NCBI GenBank assembly: GCA_002405615.1
Contig: DHMD01000015.1
Span: forward strand, 1-32,000
Length of the DNA stretch: 32,000 nt
DNA from: Christensenella sp. UBA4651
Lineage (GTDB): Bacteria; Bacillota; Clostridia; Christensenellales; UBA1242
Direction of reading: 5' to 3'
A program made the position numbers and the translations under genes. The notes beneath the pieces are model-generated. The model ran no database searches and had not been told where the DNA came from. It saw nothing but the letters and a program-made list of their open reading frames with translations. Shown piece after piece: positions 1 through 8,183 of this stretch (positions are counted from its first letter, which is position 1; every line of letters begins with the position of its first letter).

Positions 1-119
1 AGGTCGCAAGAAATGCCAAAAAAATGCTCTGCAAGCACTAGGTGTCCGCTAGACGAAATCGGCAAAAACTCGGTAATACCTTGAATTAGCCCTAAAAAAA
101 CAAGAACCCAAAAATCCAT
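1..119 (-). CDS. uppP: Undecaprenyl-diphosphate phosphatase (UppP/BacA), N-terminal 39 codons; the gene continues beyond the left edge
   Basis: The reverse complement of 1..119 reads [39 protein letters not shown]. The (G)[13 protein letters not shown] block is the hallmark UppP N-terminal motif. A GGTGG Shine-Dalgarno lies just upstream on the minus strand (around 126-130). It is absent from the ORF track because it runs off the window. Confidence 0.8.
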   Translation of the reverse strand, partial: MDFWVLVFLGLIQGITEFLPISSSGHLVLAEHFFGISCD

Positions 120-196
120 TTTGACCCACCTTTTTGATTATTATATACGCAAAATAGAGAATAAATACTGGAATTTTGATTTGAGTACCAAAAAAG

Positions 197-225
197 TTGA
201 TAAATATTTTGTTTTTTGATATACT
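197..225 (+). promoter_or_regulatory. Sigma-A type promoter for era (TTGATA-N17-TATACT with an extended -10 TG)
   Basis: TTGATA at 197-202, TGATATACT at 217-225, 17-nt spacer, about 40 nt upstream of the era start. Confidence 0.5.
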
Positions 226-267
226 AAAAGTGTAGTAATGCTAGATGAATTTGGACAGGAGGTTTTT

Positions 268-1155
268 ATGGCATTCAAATCAGGTTTTGTGGCTGTTGTC
301 GGTAAGCCAAATGTAGGCAAATCGACACTCATAAATGCGTTGATTGGCAAAAAGGTGAGCATTGTCAGCCCCAAAGCACAGACGACTAGAAATAAAATTA
401 TGGGAGTGCTAAATACGCCTAATGAGCAGGTGATTTTCTTGGACACTCCTGGTATTCACAAGGCAAAAAACAACCTTGACAAATTTATGCAAGATGCGAT
501 TTCGTCCGCTACCGAAGATGTGGACTTGTTGCTATATGTTATGGACGGGAGCAAAGATTTTGCGGAGGACGACCTAAAAAATCTCAAAAGTTATTGTGGG
601 CATAATTACCCTGTGTTTGTTGTGGTAAACAAGGTGGATTTGGGGAGCTATGAGTCAATTTATCCTAGGCTCGCAAAGTTAAACGAGATTGCGGGAGTGG
701 AGGAGATTTTTGGGATTTCGGCGCTCAAAGAAAAAAATCTCGATGACCTCAAAACTGCGATTTTTGGAAAATTGACTGACGATATAAAGTATTTCCCTGA
801 TGACGAATTTACCGACAAGAGTTTGGAATTTAGAGTGGCGGAGACCATTAGAGAAAAAATGCTGTGGGCATTAGATGACGAAGTGCCACATGGGGTAGGT
901 GTGGTTGTGGACAAGATTGACACAACGCAGAGTAATATCAAAATTAATGCAACAATTTATTGCGAGCGTGAGTCGCACAAAAATATAATTGTTGGTGCAA
1001 AGGGAGCGGGAATCAAGGATATTGGTACAAAATCTCGGTTGGCGATTGAAAAAATGCTAGGTAAACCAGTGTATCTTGACTTGTTTGTCAAGGTAAAGGA
1101 GAATTGGCGAAATCGTGTCAACCTAGATGAGTTCGGGTACGGGCAAGATAGTTAA
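268..1155 (+). CDS. era: GTPase Era
   Basis: The track ORF is 238..1155. AGGAGG at 256-261 favours the ATG at 268 (MAFKSGFVAVVGKPNVGKSTL). G1 GKPNVGKST, G3 DTPG, G4 NKVD and a C-terminal KH-like region are present. The era-yqzL-recO order matches Bacillus-type synteny. Confidence 0.95.
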   Translation: MAFKSGFVAVVGKPNVGKSTLINALIGKKVSIVSPKAQTTRNKIMGVLNTPNEQVIFLDTPGIHKAKNNLDKFMQDAISSATEDVDLLLYVMDGSKDFAEDDLKNLKSYCGHNYPVFVVVNKVDLGSYESIYPRLAKLNEIAGVEEIFGISALKEKNLDDLKTAIFGKLTDDIKYFPDDEFTDKSLEFRVAETIREKMLWALDDEVPHGVGVVVDKIDTTQSNIKINATIYCERESHKNIIVGAKGAGIKDIGTKSRLAIEKMLGKPVYLDLFVKVKENWRNRVNLDEFGYGQDS

Positions 1156-1207
1156 TTTTTGGCATAAATATTCCCTCAAAGTTATAGAATAACGAGAGAG
1201 GTGAAAA

Positions 1208-1387
1208 ATGCGTAAAAAAACTAAAAAAACGGACGGTGGCGATATGGATGTGAGAGATTTGGCGTGGAAAAATTTTGTAGAGACTGGGGAAATCGGGGCT
1301 TATATGTTTTACAAAAAAGTAAGTGAGGAAGACAATGGAAGAACTGACGACTCAGGGAATTGTGTTGAGGGCAATTGACTACGGTGA
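1208..1387 (+). CDS. yqzL: YqzL-family small protein (59 aa), not in the supplied ORF track
   Basis: GAGAGAGGTG Shine-Dalgarno followed by ATG at 1208. Translation: MRKKTKKTDGGDMDVRDLAWKNFVETGEIGAYMFYKKVSEEDNGRTDDSGNCVEGN. The core (D)LAWKNFxxTGxIxxYxFYKK resembles the YqzL family, which lies between era and recO in Bacillus. The 3' end overlaps the recO start. The true start could instead be the internal ATG at 1244. Confidence 0.6.
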
Positions 1388-2069
1388 AAAAGACAAGATA
1401 ATCACCATTTTTACGGCGGACAAGGGGCGAGTGAGTGCAATTCTCAAAGGTGTGAGGCGTATCACTTCTCGGTTAAAGTATGTGAGTCAGCCTTTTTGCT
1501 ACGCTGATTTTAAGTTGACTGGGCGGAGTGAGTTGATGACGGTGAGTAATGCTAGCGAGATTACCAACTTTTTTGACATTACGCAGAGTTATGCAAAAAT
1601 GGTGTGTGGTAGTGCGATTCTCGAAATGGTGGACAATGCCTCGACAATCGGGCAGTCTGACCCTATTCTGTTTGACGCTTTGCGGAGGTGCTTGGGGTTG
1701 CTCGCTGATAGCGATATAAATCCTGATTTGATTTTGATGAGGTTCGCCATAGGGCTATTTAAGGTGAGCGGATATGCGATGAATCTCAAAACTTGCCGCA
1801 TTTGCGGTAAGTCTATCAATGAGGATATGGTGGTTTACGACCTAGAAACGGGGGAATTTTGCTGTTACAAGTGCCCTGTGCCAAAATACATAACGGTATC
1901 GCCTCGTGCGGTTGAGATTATGCAGAAAATTTCAAAAATACCAGTTTCTGCGCTAGAAGATATATTTATTATGGAGAACGAGGCGAGGGAATTTCGGCAA
2001 ATTGTCAAGGCGAATTTTGCCTTGCGGTTCGGCTGGGAGTTGCGTAGTCTGTCTACTTCGTTTGACTAG
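1335..2069 (+). CDS. recO: DNA repair protein RecO
   Basis: The track ORF starts at GTG 1323. GAGGA at 1325-1329 favours ATG 1335 (MEELTTQGIVLRAIDYGEKDKIITIFT, a typical RecO OB-fold N-terminus). A CxxC...CxxC zinc motif (CRICGKS...CCYKC) is present. The gene sits downstream of era. Confidence 0.9.
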   Translation: MEELTTQGIVLRAIDYGEKDKIITIFTADKGRVSAILKGVRRITSRLKYVSQPFCYADFKLTGRSELMTVSNASEITNFFDITQSYAKMVCGSAILEMVDNASTIGQSDPILFDALRRCLGLLADSDINPDLILMRFAIGLFKVSGYAMNLKTCRICGKSINEDMVVYDLETGEFCCYKCPVPKYITVSPRAVEIMQKISKIPVSALEDIFIMENEAREFRQIVKANFALRFGWELRSLSTSFD

Positions 2070-2091
2070 AATTACATAATTAGGACAAAAA

Positions 2092-2619
2092 ATGTTACAA
2101 ATAAAGAATTTGACAAAATCATTTGGCGACCGAACGCTATACAAAAATGTCAATTTGGAAATCAATAAAAATGACAAAATTGGTTTGGTTGGGCTGAATG
2201 GTAGTGGTAAGAGTACTTTCCTCAATATTTTGAGCGGCAAAGATTTGGCTGACGAGGGCGAAATTTGTTGGCAAGACAAGTCGATTACCCCTATCGAGGA
2301 AATACCGAACACATTTCCAAAACTGGCATAAAACAGGTGAGGGGGTATTTGGCGAAAGCGGGGCTGACGGCAAAGCAGGTTTTGCTACCCATTGAGAGGT
2401 TGAGCTGTGGGGAGCGAACCAAACTCAAACTGTACAAGTTGTTGATTGAGTCGCACAACATTTTGGTGTTAGATGACGAACAACCATTTGGACAAAAACG
2501 CAAAGGTAGCGTTAGCAAATAAGATAAACGACTACAAGGGGGCTTGTATCGTTGTTTCGCACGAAAAGGGCTTCAACAAGTTGCTAGATGCACAAGAAAT
2601 CAACTTGCGTAAGAAGTAG
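2092..2619 (+). pseudogene. Frameshifted, shortened ABC-type ATPase (ABC-F-like single domain)
   Basis: Frame 1 (2092..2331) carries Walker A GLNGSGKST and then stops. A second frame (about 2330..2480) carries a degenerate signature LSCGERTKL and Walker B ILVLDD. A third frame (about 2478..2619) reads TNNHLDKNAKVALANKINDYKGACIVVSHEKGF, covering EPTNHLD and the H-loop VSHE. At least two frameshifts are needed, and the Walker A to signature distance (about 65 aa) is short. Confidence 0.7.
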
Positions 2620-2667
2620 GATGGCGTTGTTATAGACCTATTTTGAATGTAAAGGTTAAAAAAGTAC

Positions 2668-2695
2668 TTGCGTTTTGAGAATTTTTGGGTATAAT
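2668..2695 (+). promoter_or_regulatory. Sigma-A type promoter for the sufC-sufB/D-trpS operon
   Basis: TTGCGT at 2668-2673, 16-nt spacer, TATAAT at 2690-2695. Confidence 0.45.
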
Positions 2696-2799
2696 ATAGC
2701 AGAGGATAAACTTGTTCGGAGCATACACGCTTTTTAGTGTCGGGGAATTTGGCAAAAATAGTGATTTTGCGAATAGTTTTGTCGAATTTGTGAGGTGCT

Positions 2800-3552
2800 A
2801 TGCAGTTTTTGAGCGAGATAAAAGGAGAGAAAATTTTGTTATCATTACAAAATGTAAGTTATCAAGTAAAGGAAAACGGCAAGGTTCGACAGATTTTGAA
2901 AGGCATTACCTACGATTTTGACTTGGGCAAAAACTATGTTATCACAGGGGCGAATGGTTGCGGAAAGTCGACTCTTGCCAAAATCATTATGGGTATTATT
3001 CCGCTAACAGGCGGCAAAATTCTGCTGGACGGCAAGGATATTACCGAGTTTTCGATTACCGAAAGGGCAAATCTAGGGCTGGCTTTTGCAATGCAGCAGC
3101 CTGTGCGCTTCAAGGGGTTGAGTGCCAAGGAAATGCTAGAATACGCCAGCAAGGATACAATGCACACTTCGAGTGCGTGCGAGTATTTGGGTAAGGTTGG
3201 ATTGTGTGCTAGGGAGTATTTGGATAGAGATTTGGACAATACTTTGAGTGGCGGCGAGTTAAAGCGAATTGAGATTGCTACCGTCCTCGCTAGGCGTGCG
3301 AAAGTGAATATTTTTGATGAACCTGAGGCTGGTATTGATATTTGGAGTTTCAATAGTTTGGTCGATATTTTTAGAAATTCGATTTCGCCAAATTCTCTCA
3401 ATATCATCATCAGCCATCAAGAGAAACTTTTTAAGAGTGCTGATGAGATTTTGCTAATTGATGACGGTGTTGTGGCTATGGCTGGTAAGCCTAGCGAGAT
3501 TTTGCCGAAACTCGGTAAGGCTCGCAATTGCAGAAAGTTGGAGGGGGTGTAA
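2800..3552 (+). CDS. sufC: Fe-S cluster assembly ATPase SufC-like (ABC ATPase)
   Basis: Walker A GANGCGKST, signature LSGGELKR, Walker B NIFDEPEAGID and H-loop SHQ are present. It is followed at a 3-nt gap by a SufB/D-family gene. The real start is probably TTG 2836 (MLSLQNVSY), 6 nt after GGAGAG at 2824-2829. Confidence 0.85.
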   Translation: MQFLSEIKGEKILLSLQNVSYQVKENGKVRQILKGITYDFDLGKNYVITGANGCGKSTLAKIIMGIIPLTGGKILLDGKDITEFSITERANLGLAFAMQQPVRFKGLSAKEMLEYASKDTMHTSSACEYLGKVGLCAREYLDRDLDNTLSGGELKRIEIATVLARRAKVNIFDEPEAGIDIWSFNSLVDIFRNSISPNSLNIIISHQEKLFKSADEILLIDDGVVAMAGKPSEILPKLGKARNCRKLEGV

Positions 3553-3555
3553 ATT

Positions 3556-4473
3556 ATGGAAAAAGTTGATAGTGATTTGTTGCTAAAAATTGCAGATTTG
3601 CATTCCGTTCCGCAGGGTGCGTACAATATCCGCAAGAATGGTAAGTTGCTCGCTCGTCAATGTGTGGAGGGAATTGAAATTACCTCCAAGGAGGACAAGC
3701 CTGGCATCGATATTCGTGTCGCAGACGGGGTGAAAGGGCAGAGTGTACATATACCTGTGATTGTAACTGAGAGTGAAATCAATGATTTGGTTTACAACGA
3801 CTTTTACATAGGCAAAAACGCCGAGGTTCTGATAGTCGCTGGTTGCGGCTTGCACAATGACGGCGACAAACTCAACTCGCACGATGGTATCCACGAGTTT
3901 TGGATAGGCGAGGGAGCGATTGTTCGCTATGTTGAGAAGCATTTGGGCGAGGGTAATCAGAATGTTGAGAAAAATTTGAACCCGACAACTATTGTGCATT
4001 TGGCGAAAAATTCGCATTTTGTTATGGAAACGATGCAGTTGGGCGGTGTGAGCCACAGCGAGCGTGTTACCGAGGCGGATTTGGAGGATAATGCGGTTTT
4101 GGATATCAAGGAGTCTATTCTTACCGAGGGAGAGCAGGACGCTAGCACGACTTTTAGTGTGGAATTGAACGGCAAAAAGTCTAGGGTGAATGTGGTCAGC
4201 CGCAGTGTGGCAAAGGGCAACAGTAGGCAAGCGTTTATATCGGAAATCAACGGAAATAACGAGAGTTGGGGGCATGTGGAGTGTGATGCGATTGTATTTG
4301 ACAATGGTCAAGTCGCTAGTACACCAGCGCTACAAAATACACACCCTGATGCAACTCTTACTCACGAGGCAGCGATTGGTAAAATCGCGGGCGACCAAAT
4401 TATTAAATTGCAGACCTTGGGGCTTAGTCAAGAAGAAGCCGAGGCTGTAATCTTAAAGAGTTTCTTGCAATAA
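3556..4473 (+). CDS. SufB/SufD-family Fe-S assembly scaffold protein (short, 305 aa)
   Basis: The C-terminal block [36 protein letters not shown] matches the conserved SufB/SufD C-terminus (xHEAxxGxIdxxQLFYLxSRGlxxxEAxxLIv.GF). It is tightly coupled to sufC. Confidence 0.8.
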   Translation: MEKVDSDLLLKIADLHSVPQGAYNIRKNGKLLARQCVEGIEITSKEDKPGIDIRVADGVKGQSVHIPVIVTESEINDLVYNDFYIGKNAEVLIVAGCGLHNDGDKLNSHDGIHEFWIGEGAIVRYVEKHLGEGNQNVEKNLNPTTIVHLAKNSHFVMETMQLGGVSHSERVTEADLEDNAVLDIKESILTEGEQDASTTFSVELNGKKSRVNVVSRSVAKGNSRQAFISEINGNNESWGHVECDAIVFDNGQVASTPALQNTHPDATLTHEAAIGKIAGDQIIKLQTLGLSQEEAEAVILKSFLQ

Positions 4474-4490
4474 TTTTTTGGAGGAATTTT

Positions 4491-5540
4491 ATGGCTAAAA
4501 TTATTATGACAGGGGATAGACCTACTGGCAAATTACATATCGGGCATTATGTCGGCTCGCTACGGGAGCGTGTGCGTATGCAGAATGAGGACAAATATGA
4601 CGGCTATTATTTGATGATTGCCGATGCGCAGGCTTTGACTGACAATTATGACAATGTCGAGAAAGTTCGCAACAACATCATCGAGGTGGCTCTGGATTAT
4701 TTGGCGGTAGGGCTTGACCCTAACAAAATTACTATTTTTATTCAATCCGAAGTGCCAGAGTTGACTGAATTTACATTTTATTATATGAATATGGTTACTT
4801 TGGCTCGCTTGGAACGCAATCCGACTGTCAAAACGGAAATTTTGCAGAAGAATTTCAATAACTCAATCCCTGTGGGGTTCTTGTGCTATCCGATTAGTCA
4901 GGCGTCTGATATTACCGCTTTCGGCGGTACATTTGTGCCAGTCGGCGAGGACCAATTGCCCGTAATTGAGCAGGCGAGAGAGATTGTTAGGACATTCAAT
5001 CACTTGTACAAGACTAATGTTTTGGTTGAGCCGCAAGGCATTGTGCCGAAGGAGGAGAGTTGTAGGAGATTGGTTGGTACGGACGGCAAGGCAAAAATGA
5101 GCAAATCGCTCGGTAACACGATTTATTTGTCAGATGAACCTGATGTGATTAAGCAAAAGGTTCGTGATATGTATACCGACCCAACTCATATTAAAGTTAG
5201 CGACCCTGGCAAAGTCGAGGGTAATGCTGTGTTTGAGTATTTGAATGCCTTTTGTAGGGACGAACACTTCGCAAAATACTTGCCAGAGTATAAAAATCTT
5301 GACGAGTTGAAGGCTCACTATATGCGTGGTGGTTTGGGCGATGTCAAAATAAAGAACTTTTTGTTTGAGGTGCTCAATGAAGAGTTGACTCCGATTAGAG
5401 AGAGAAGAAAAGAGTTTGCAAAGGACAAGGACAAGGTTATGCAAATGCTTTTTGACGGGAGCGATAAGGCTAGAAAAGTTGCTGGCGAAAATCTAGCGAA
5501 ACTCAAAACTGCGATGGGTATCAATTACCGCAATAAGTAG
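4491..5540 (+). CDS. trpS: Tryptophan--tRNA ligase
   Basis: Class I aaRS motifs are present: HIGH-type [11 protein letters not shown] at the N-terminus and KMSKS (AKMSKSLGN). Size and overall pattern are typical of TrpRS. GGAGGA Shine-Dalgarno lies at 4481-4486. Confidence 0.9.
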   Translation: MAKIIMTGDRPTGKLHIGHYVGSLRERVRMQNEDKYDGYYLMIADAQALTDNYDNVEKVRNNIIEVALDYLAVGLDPNKITIFIQSEVPELTEFTFYYMNMVTLARLERNPTVKTEILQKNFNNSIPVGFLCYPISQASDITAFGGTFVPVGEDQLPVIEQAREIVRTFNHLYKTNVLVEPQGIVPKEESCRRLVGTDGKAKMSKSLGNTIYLSDEPDVIKQKVRDMYTDPTHIKVSDPGKVEGNAVFEYLNAFCRDEHFAKYLPEYKNLDELKAHYMRGGLGDVKIKNFLFEVLNEELTPIRERRKEFAKDKDKVMQMLFDGSDKARKVAGENLAKLKTAMGINYRNK

Positions 5541-5616
5541 TTTTTGGGTGAAAAAAGCTATAAACATAACTTAAAGTCTAACATTAGAATACTACACAAT
5601 TTTGAGATTAATAGAT

Positions 5617-5651
5617 GGGAAGTGCCGATTTATGGCACTTTTCTGTTTTTT
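5617..5651 (+). terminator. Intrinsic terminator after trpS
   Basis: The stem AAGTGCC (5620-5626) pairs with GGCACTT (5634-5640). It can extend by G-U pairs and is followed by TTCTGTTTTTT. Confidence 0.7.
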
Positions 5652-5717
5652 GTTGTTATTGTAATTGGGGTCAAATAGTTGTTTGTAGCGAAGCGATAAA
5701 TTTTGTTTTTTTGGGTA

Positions 5718-5746
5718 TTGAAATTTGCGTTCTTTTATGGTATAAT
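5718..5746 (+). promoter_or_regulatory. Sigma-A type promoter (TTGAAA-N17-TATAAT, TG-extended)
   Basis: TTGAAA at 5718-5723 and TGGTATAAT ending at 5746, 17-nt spacer, 30 nt upstream of ATG 5776. Confidence 0.6.
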
Positions 5747-5775
5747 ATCTTATAAAGATATTTGTGAGGGGAAAA

Positions 5776-6252
5776 ATGGAAAATAGAGAGAGAAAAATTA
5801 GTTTTAGAATTTCAGACGATTTTTATCAAGAAATTATGAATTACATTAACGAAAAGGACATTTCACTCAGTACTTTTATTAGGCTTGCCATTATGGATAC
5901 GATGGATATTAACAGGCAGGTTGATGTGGTAGAGCTTTTGGATGGCAAGGGACAATGCGGCGAAATTGAGGAATTAAAAAGAAATTTTGAGGTAGAAAAA
6001 CTTTCTATGGAAGTTCGTTTGCAGACTTTGAGAGCGGAAAAGGCGGAATGTCAGGTTGAATTGGAGAGGTTGAAAGCTGAAAACGAACGCCTAAAAATGG
6101 ACGCTATTTATCGAGAGGCTTTGCAACACGCTCAAAATAGGATAAATATGGACAGTAAGTTAAAATCTGAGGAGAAAAGCCAGTCAATGGAGCAGAGTAG
6201 TGAAGAAACAGCCGATTATTATGCTGATGAATCAGAAATGTTCTATTACTAA
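5776..6252 (+). CDS. Ribbon-helix-helix (CopG/Arc-like) N-terminal domain protein with a long coiled coil and acidic tail
   Basis: The track ORF starts at 5764. GAGGGG followed by ATG 5776 gives MENRERKISFRISDDFYQEIMNYINEKDISLSTFIRLAIMD, a beta-strand/helix/helix pattern typical of RHH. Heptad-rich EVEKLSMEVRLQTLRAEKAECQVELERLKAENERLK follows. The gene has its own promoter and terminator, and GC is visibly lower than in the neighbours. Confidence 0.5.
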   Translation: MENRERKISFRISDDFYQEIMNYINEKDISLSTFIRLAIMDTMDINRQVDVVELLDGKGQCGEIEELKRNFEVEKLSMEVRLQTLRAEKAECQVELERLKAENERLKMDAIYREALQHAQNRINMDSKLKSEEKSQSMEQSSEETADYYADESEMFYY

Positions 6253-6295
6253 AATTTATTTTTCAAAATAGCATTTCTAAATGTATAAATCAAAT

Positions 6296-6322
6296 AGACA
6301 CCATATGAGGGTGTCTTTTTTG
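6296..6322 (+). terminator. Intrinsic terminator
   Basis: AGACACC (6296-6302) pairs with GGTGTCT (6310-6316), with a 7-nt loop, followed by TTTTTTG. Confidence 0.75.
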
Positions 6323-6373
6323 TTGGATTTGTGAAATGCAAGGTAAAAATTTATTGTTCAAATACTTCTTCCC

Positions 6374-6478
6374 AAAATCAAAAAAATAGCAAAAAAATTA
6401 GTAAAAAATGGTAAAAAAATAGTGAAAAATTGCTGTAGAAAAAATTTTTGTAAAAAATTAAAAAAAGTGTCAAAATTT
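6374..6478 (+). repeat. Array of about 10 phased A-tracts (A4-A7) immediately upstream of a consensus promoter
   Basis: A-runs start at about 6374, 6380, 6391, 6403, 6413, 6425, 6439, 6452, 6460 and 6472. The core spacings are 10-12 bp, with a quasi-repeat (T)AG(T/C)AAAAAA. Confidence 0.7.
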
Positions 6479-6480
6479 AG

Positions 6481-6509
6481 TTGACACTGCAACCTTGAAT
6501 ACATATAAT
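6481..6509 (+). promoter_or_regulatory. Consensus sigma-A promoter TTGACA-N17-TATAAT
   Basis: TTGACA at 6481-6486 and TATAAT at 6504-6509, with exactly a 17-nt spacer. It leaves a leader of about 130 nt before ATG 6646. Confidence 0.75.
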
Positions 6510-6645
6510 AAAAGTGAAAAAACGGGTTGCGGTGCAAGAAGCATTTTTGGTTTGAGATTGGTGGAGTTTGTCTATTTAGCGGTTCAGAAAATTAAGCAAA
6601 GCATAAAAGCATAAGGCGGGGTAACCCTACGAGGGGGGATTTGGT

Positions 6646-8166
6646 ATGAAAAATGCTTTGCTAAAAAAATTTGAAGAATCGCTAGTTTCAATTTTACCGA
6701 TTTTGATTATTGTATTGATTTTGGCTGTAACATTAGTCCCCCTTGACTTTGTGTTGGTTGTGCAATTTTTGATGGCGTCTGTATTTTTAATTATCGGTAT
6801 GACGCTTTTTACGCATGGGGCGGATACAGCGATGTTGCCGATAGGTAATCACATAGGTTCGTATTTGTCCAAAACTGCAAAAATTTGGCTAATGATGATT
6901 GTTGGCTTCTTTTTGGGTGTGGTAATTACAATTGCCGAGCCTGACTTGATGGTTTTGGCAGAGCAAGTTGTGAGTATAAATACGTGGCTATTTATTGCGG
7001 TTGTCGGTATTGGTGTTGGATTATTTATGATGCTGGCAATGCTTCGTACTGTACTCAAAATCCCGCTAAATATAATACTAGCGGTATCATACGGTATAAT
7101 TTTTATCCTATCATTTATTATTCCTAATAACTTTGTGCCGCTATCTTTTGATTCCGGTAGTGTAACTACGGGGCCGATTAGTGTGCCATTTTTGATGGCG
7201 TTCGGTCTAGGATTTGCTGCGGTGCGTGCGCAAAGTGGTAAGCAAGACGATTCTAGTTTCGGTATGGTGGCACTAGGGAGTGCTGGTCCAATCTTGGCGG
7301 TAATGATTTTAGGATTTTTTGTCGACCCAAATACTTTGGCGGGATCTAGCGAGGTTGTCAATTCGTGTGATACCGTTGGTGCAGGGCTAATGCAATTCTT
7401 GACGAGTATGCCAACATATCTAGGTCAAGTTGCTCTGGTAATTGCGCCAATTTTGGTAATTTTCCTATTGTTTCAATTTTTTGCGCTCAAATTACCCAAA
7501 CACGAGGTTTTCCGTGTGCTAATGGGATTATTGCTTGTTTTCTTTGGAATAACTATATTCTTTACTGGCGTAAATGTTGGATTTTTGCCAGTAGGTAGTG
7601 CGTTGGGACATGGGTTGGCTGAAAGTACGTATTCGTGGGTACTGATACCAGTGGCTATTGTTATCGGTTTTGTAATCGTGTTAGCTGAGCCTGCGGTGCA
7701 CGTTTTGGCAGAACAGGTGGAGAAGATTACCGAGGGTAAAATCGCCAAAAAGACAATCTTTTTTAGTATGTGTATTGGTGTAGCGGTTTCGCTAGGGCTG
7801 TGTGCAATTCGGATTATGTGCCAATTCAGTATTTGGTGGGTGTTGGTTCCTGCCTATGCGATAGCGATTACGCTTTCATTCTTTGTACCTAGGATTTTTA
7901 CGGGCATTGCTTTTGACTCGGGTGGTGTGGCGACTGGTGCTATGGCTACGACCTTTGTTATGCCGATGTTTGTCGGGGCGTGTGGTGCAATGGGAATTGA
8001 TACAATGCTGTATGGATTCGGAACGCTTGCATTTATTGCAGTAACGCCGCTATTGACTATTCAAATTTTGGGTTTGGTCGTTGGTATTGCGAATCGCAAG
8101 AAAGAAAAGGCTTTGGCAGAGGAATATGTCGGCAACAAGCGTGTGGAAATTGTCGAGTTTGATTAG
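6646..8166 (+). CDS. DUF1538-type polytopic membrane protein (internally duplicated)
   Basis: 506 aa and highly hydrophobic. The two halves share motifs: TIAEPDLMVLAEQV vs VLAEPAVHVLAEQV, and FDSGSVTTGPISVPF vs FDSGGVATGAMATTF. From memory, this architecture with downstream PII-like genes matches the DUF1538 family. Shine-Dalgarno is GAGGGGGG at 6631-6638. Confidence 0.7.
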   Translation: MKNALLKKFEESLVSILPILIIVLILAVTLVPLDFVLVVQFLMASVFLIIGMTLFTHGADTAMLPIGNHIGSYLSKTAKIWLMMIVGFFLGVVITIAEPDLMVLAEQVVSINTWLFIAVVGIGVGLFMMLAMLRTVLKIPLNIILAVSYGIIFILSFIIPNNFVPLSFDSGSVTTGPISVPFLMAFGLGFAAVRAQSGKQDDSSFGMVALGSAGPILAVMILGFFVDPNTLAGSSEVVNSCDTVGAGLMQFLTSMPTYLGQVALVIAPILVIFLLFQFFALKLPKHEVFRVLMGLLLVFFGITIFFTGVNVGFLPVGSALGHGLAESTYSWVLIPVAIVIGFVIVLAEPAVHVLAEQVEKITEGKIAKKTIFFSMCIGVAVSLGLCAIRIMCQFSIWWVLVPAYAIAITLSFFVPRIFTGIAFDSGGVATGAMATTFVMPMFVGACGAMGIDTMLYGFGTLAFIAVTPLLTIQILGLVVGIANRKKEKALAEEYVGNKRVEIVEFD

Positions 8167-8183
8167 GAATAGGGGGCAGATTT

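Noticed and set aside
2712-2921. A 69-aa ORF upstream of, and overlapping, sufC.
   Set aside because: It uses a TTG start with no Shine-Dalgarno and overlaps the sufC start region out of frame. The sequence is low-complexity, and the region is better explained as the suf leader.
3583-4311. Long minus-strand ORFs lying inside plus-strand genes. Examples are 3583..4311, 2934..3410, 6849..7361, 26909..27478 and 28061..28519, plus all minus-strand ORFs at 29122-31620. Their plus-strand counterparts inside minus-strand genes include 20729..21037, 21044..21349 and 14106..14336.
   Set aside because: They are shadow ORFs antisense to genes with clear motifs or strong signals. They have no Shine-Dalgarno or promoter, and their composition is odd (Ser/Leu/Ile-rich).
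4474-4490. A T-box leader or attenuator upstream of trpS.
   Set aside because: The spacer is only 17 nt and contains just the Shine-Dalgarno.
6510-6645. A possible c-di-AMP (ydaO-type) riboswitch, given the PII-like genes downstream.
   Set aside because: The conserved ydaO blocks as I remember them (GGGGGACCCA, GGGGUGAAUC, CCCGAACCCG..AGCUAACC) are absent. The region is kept only as an unclassified leader candidate.
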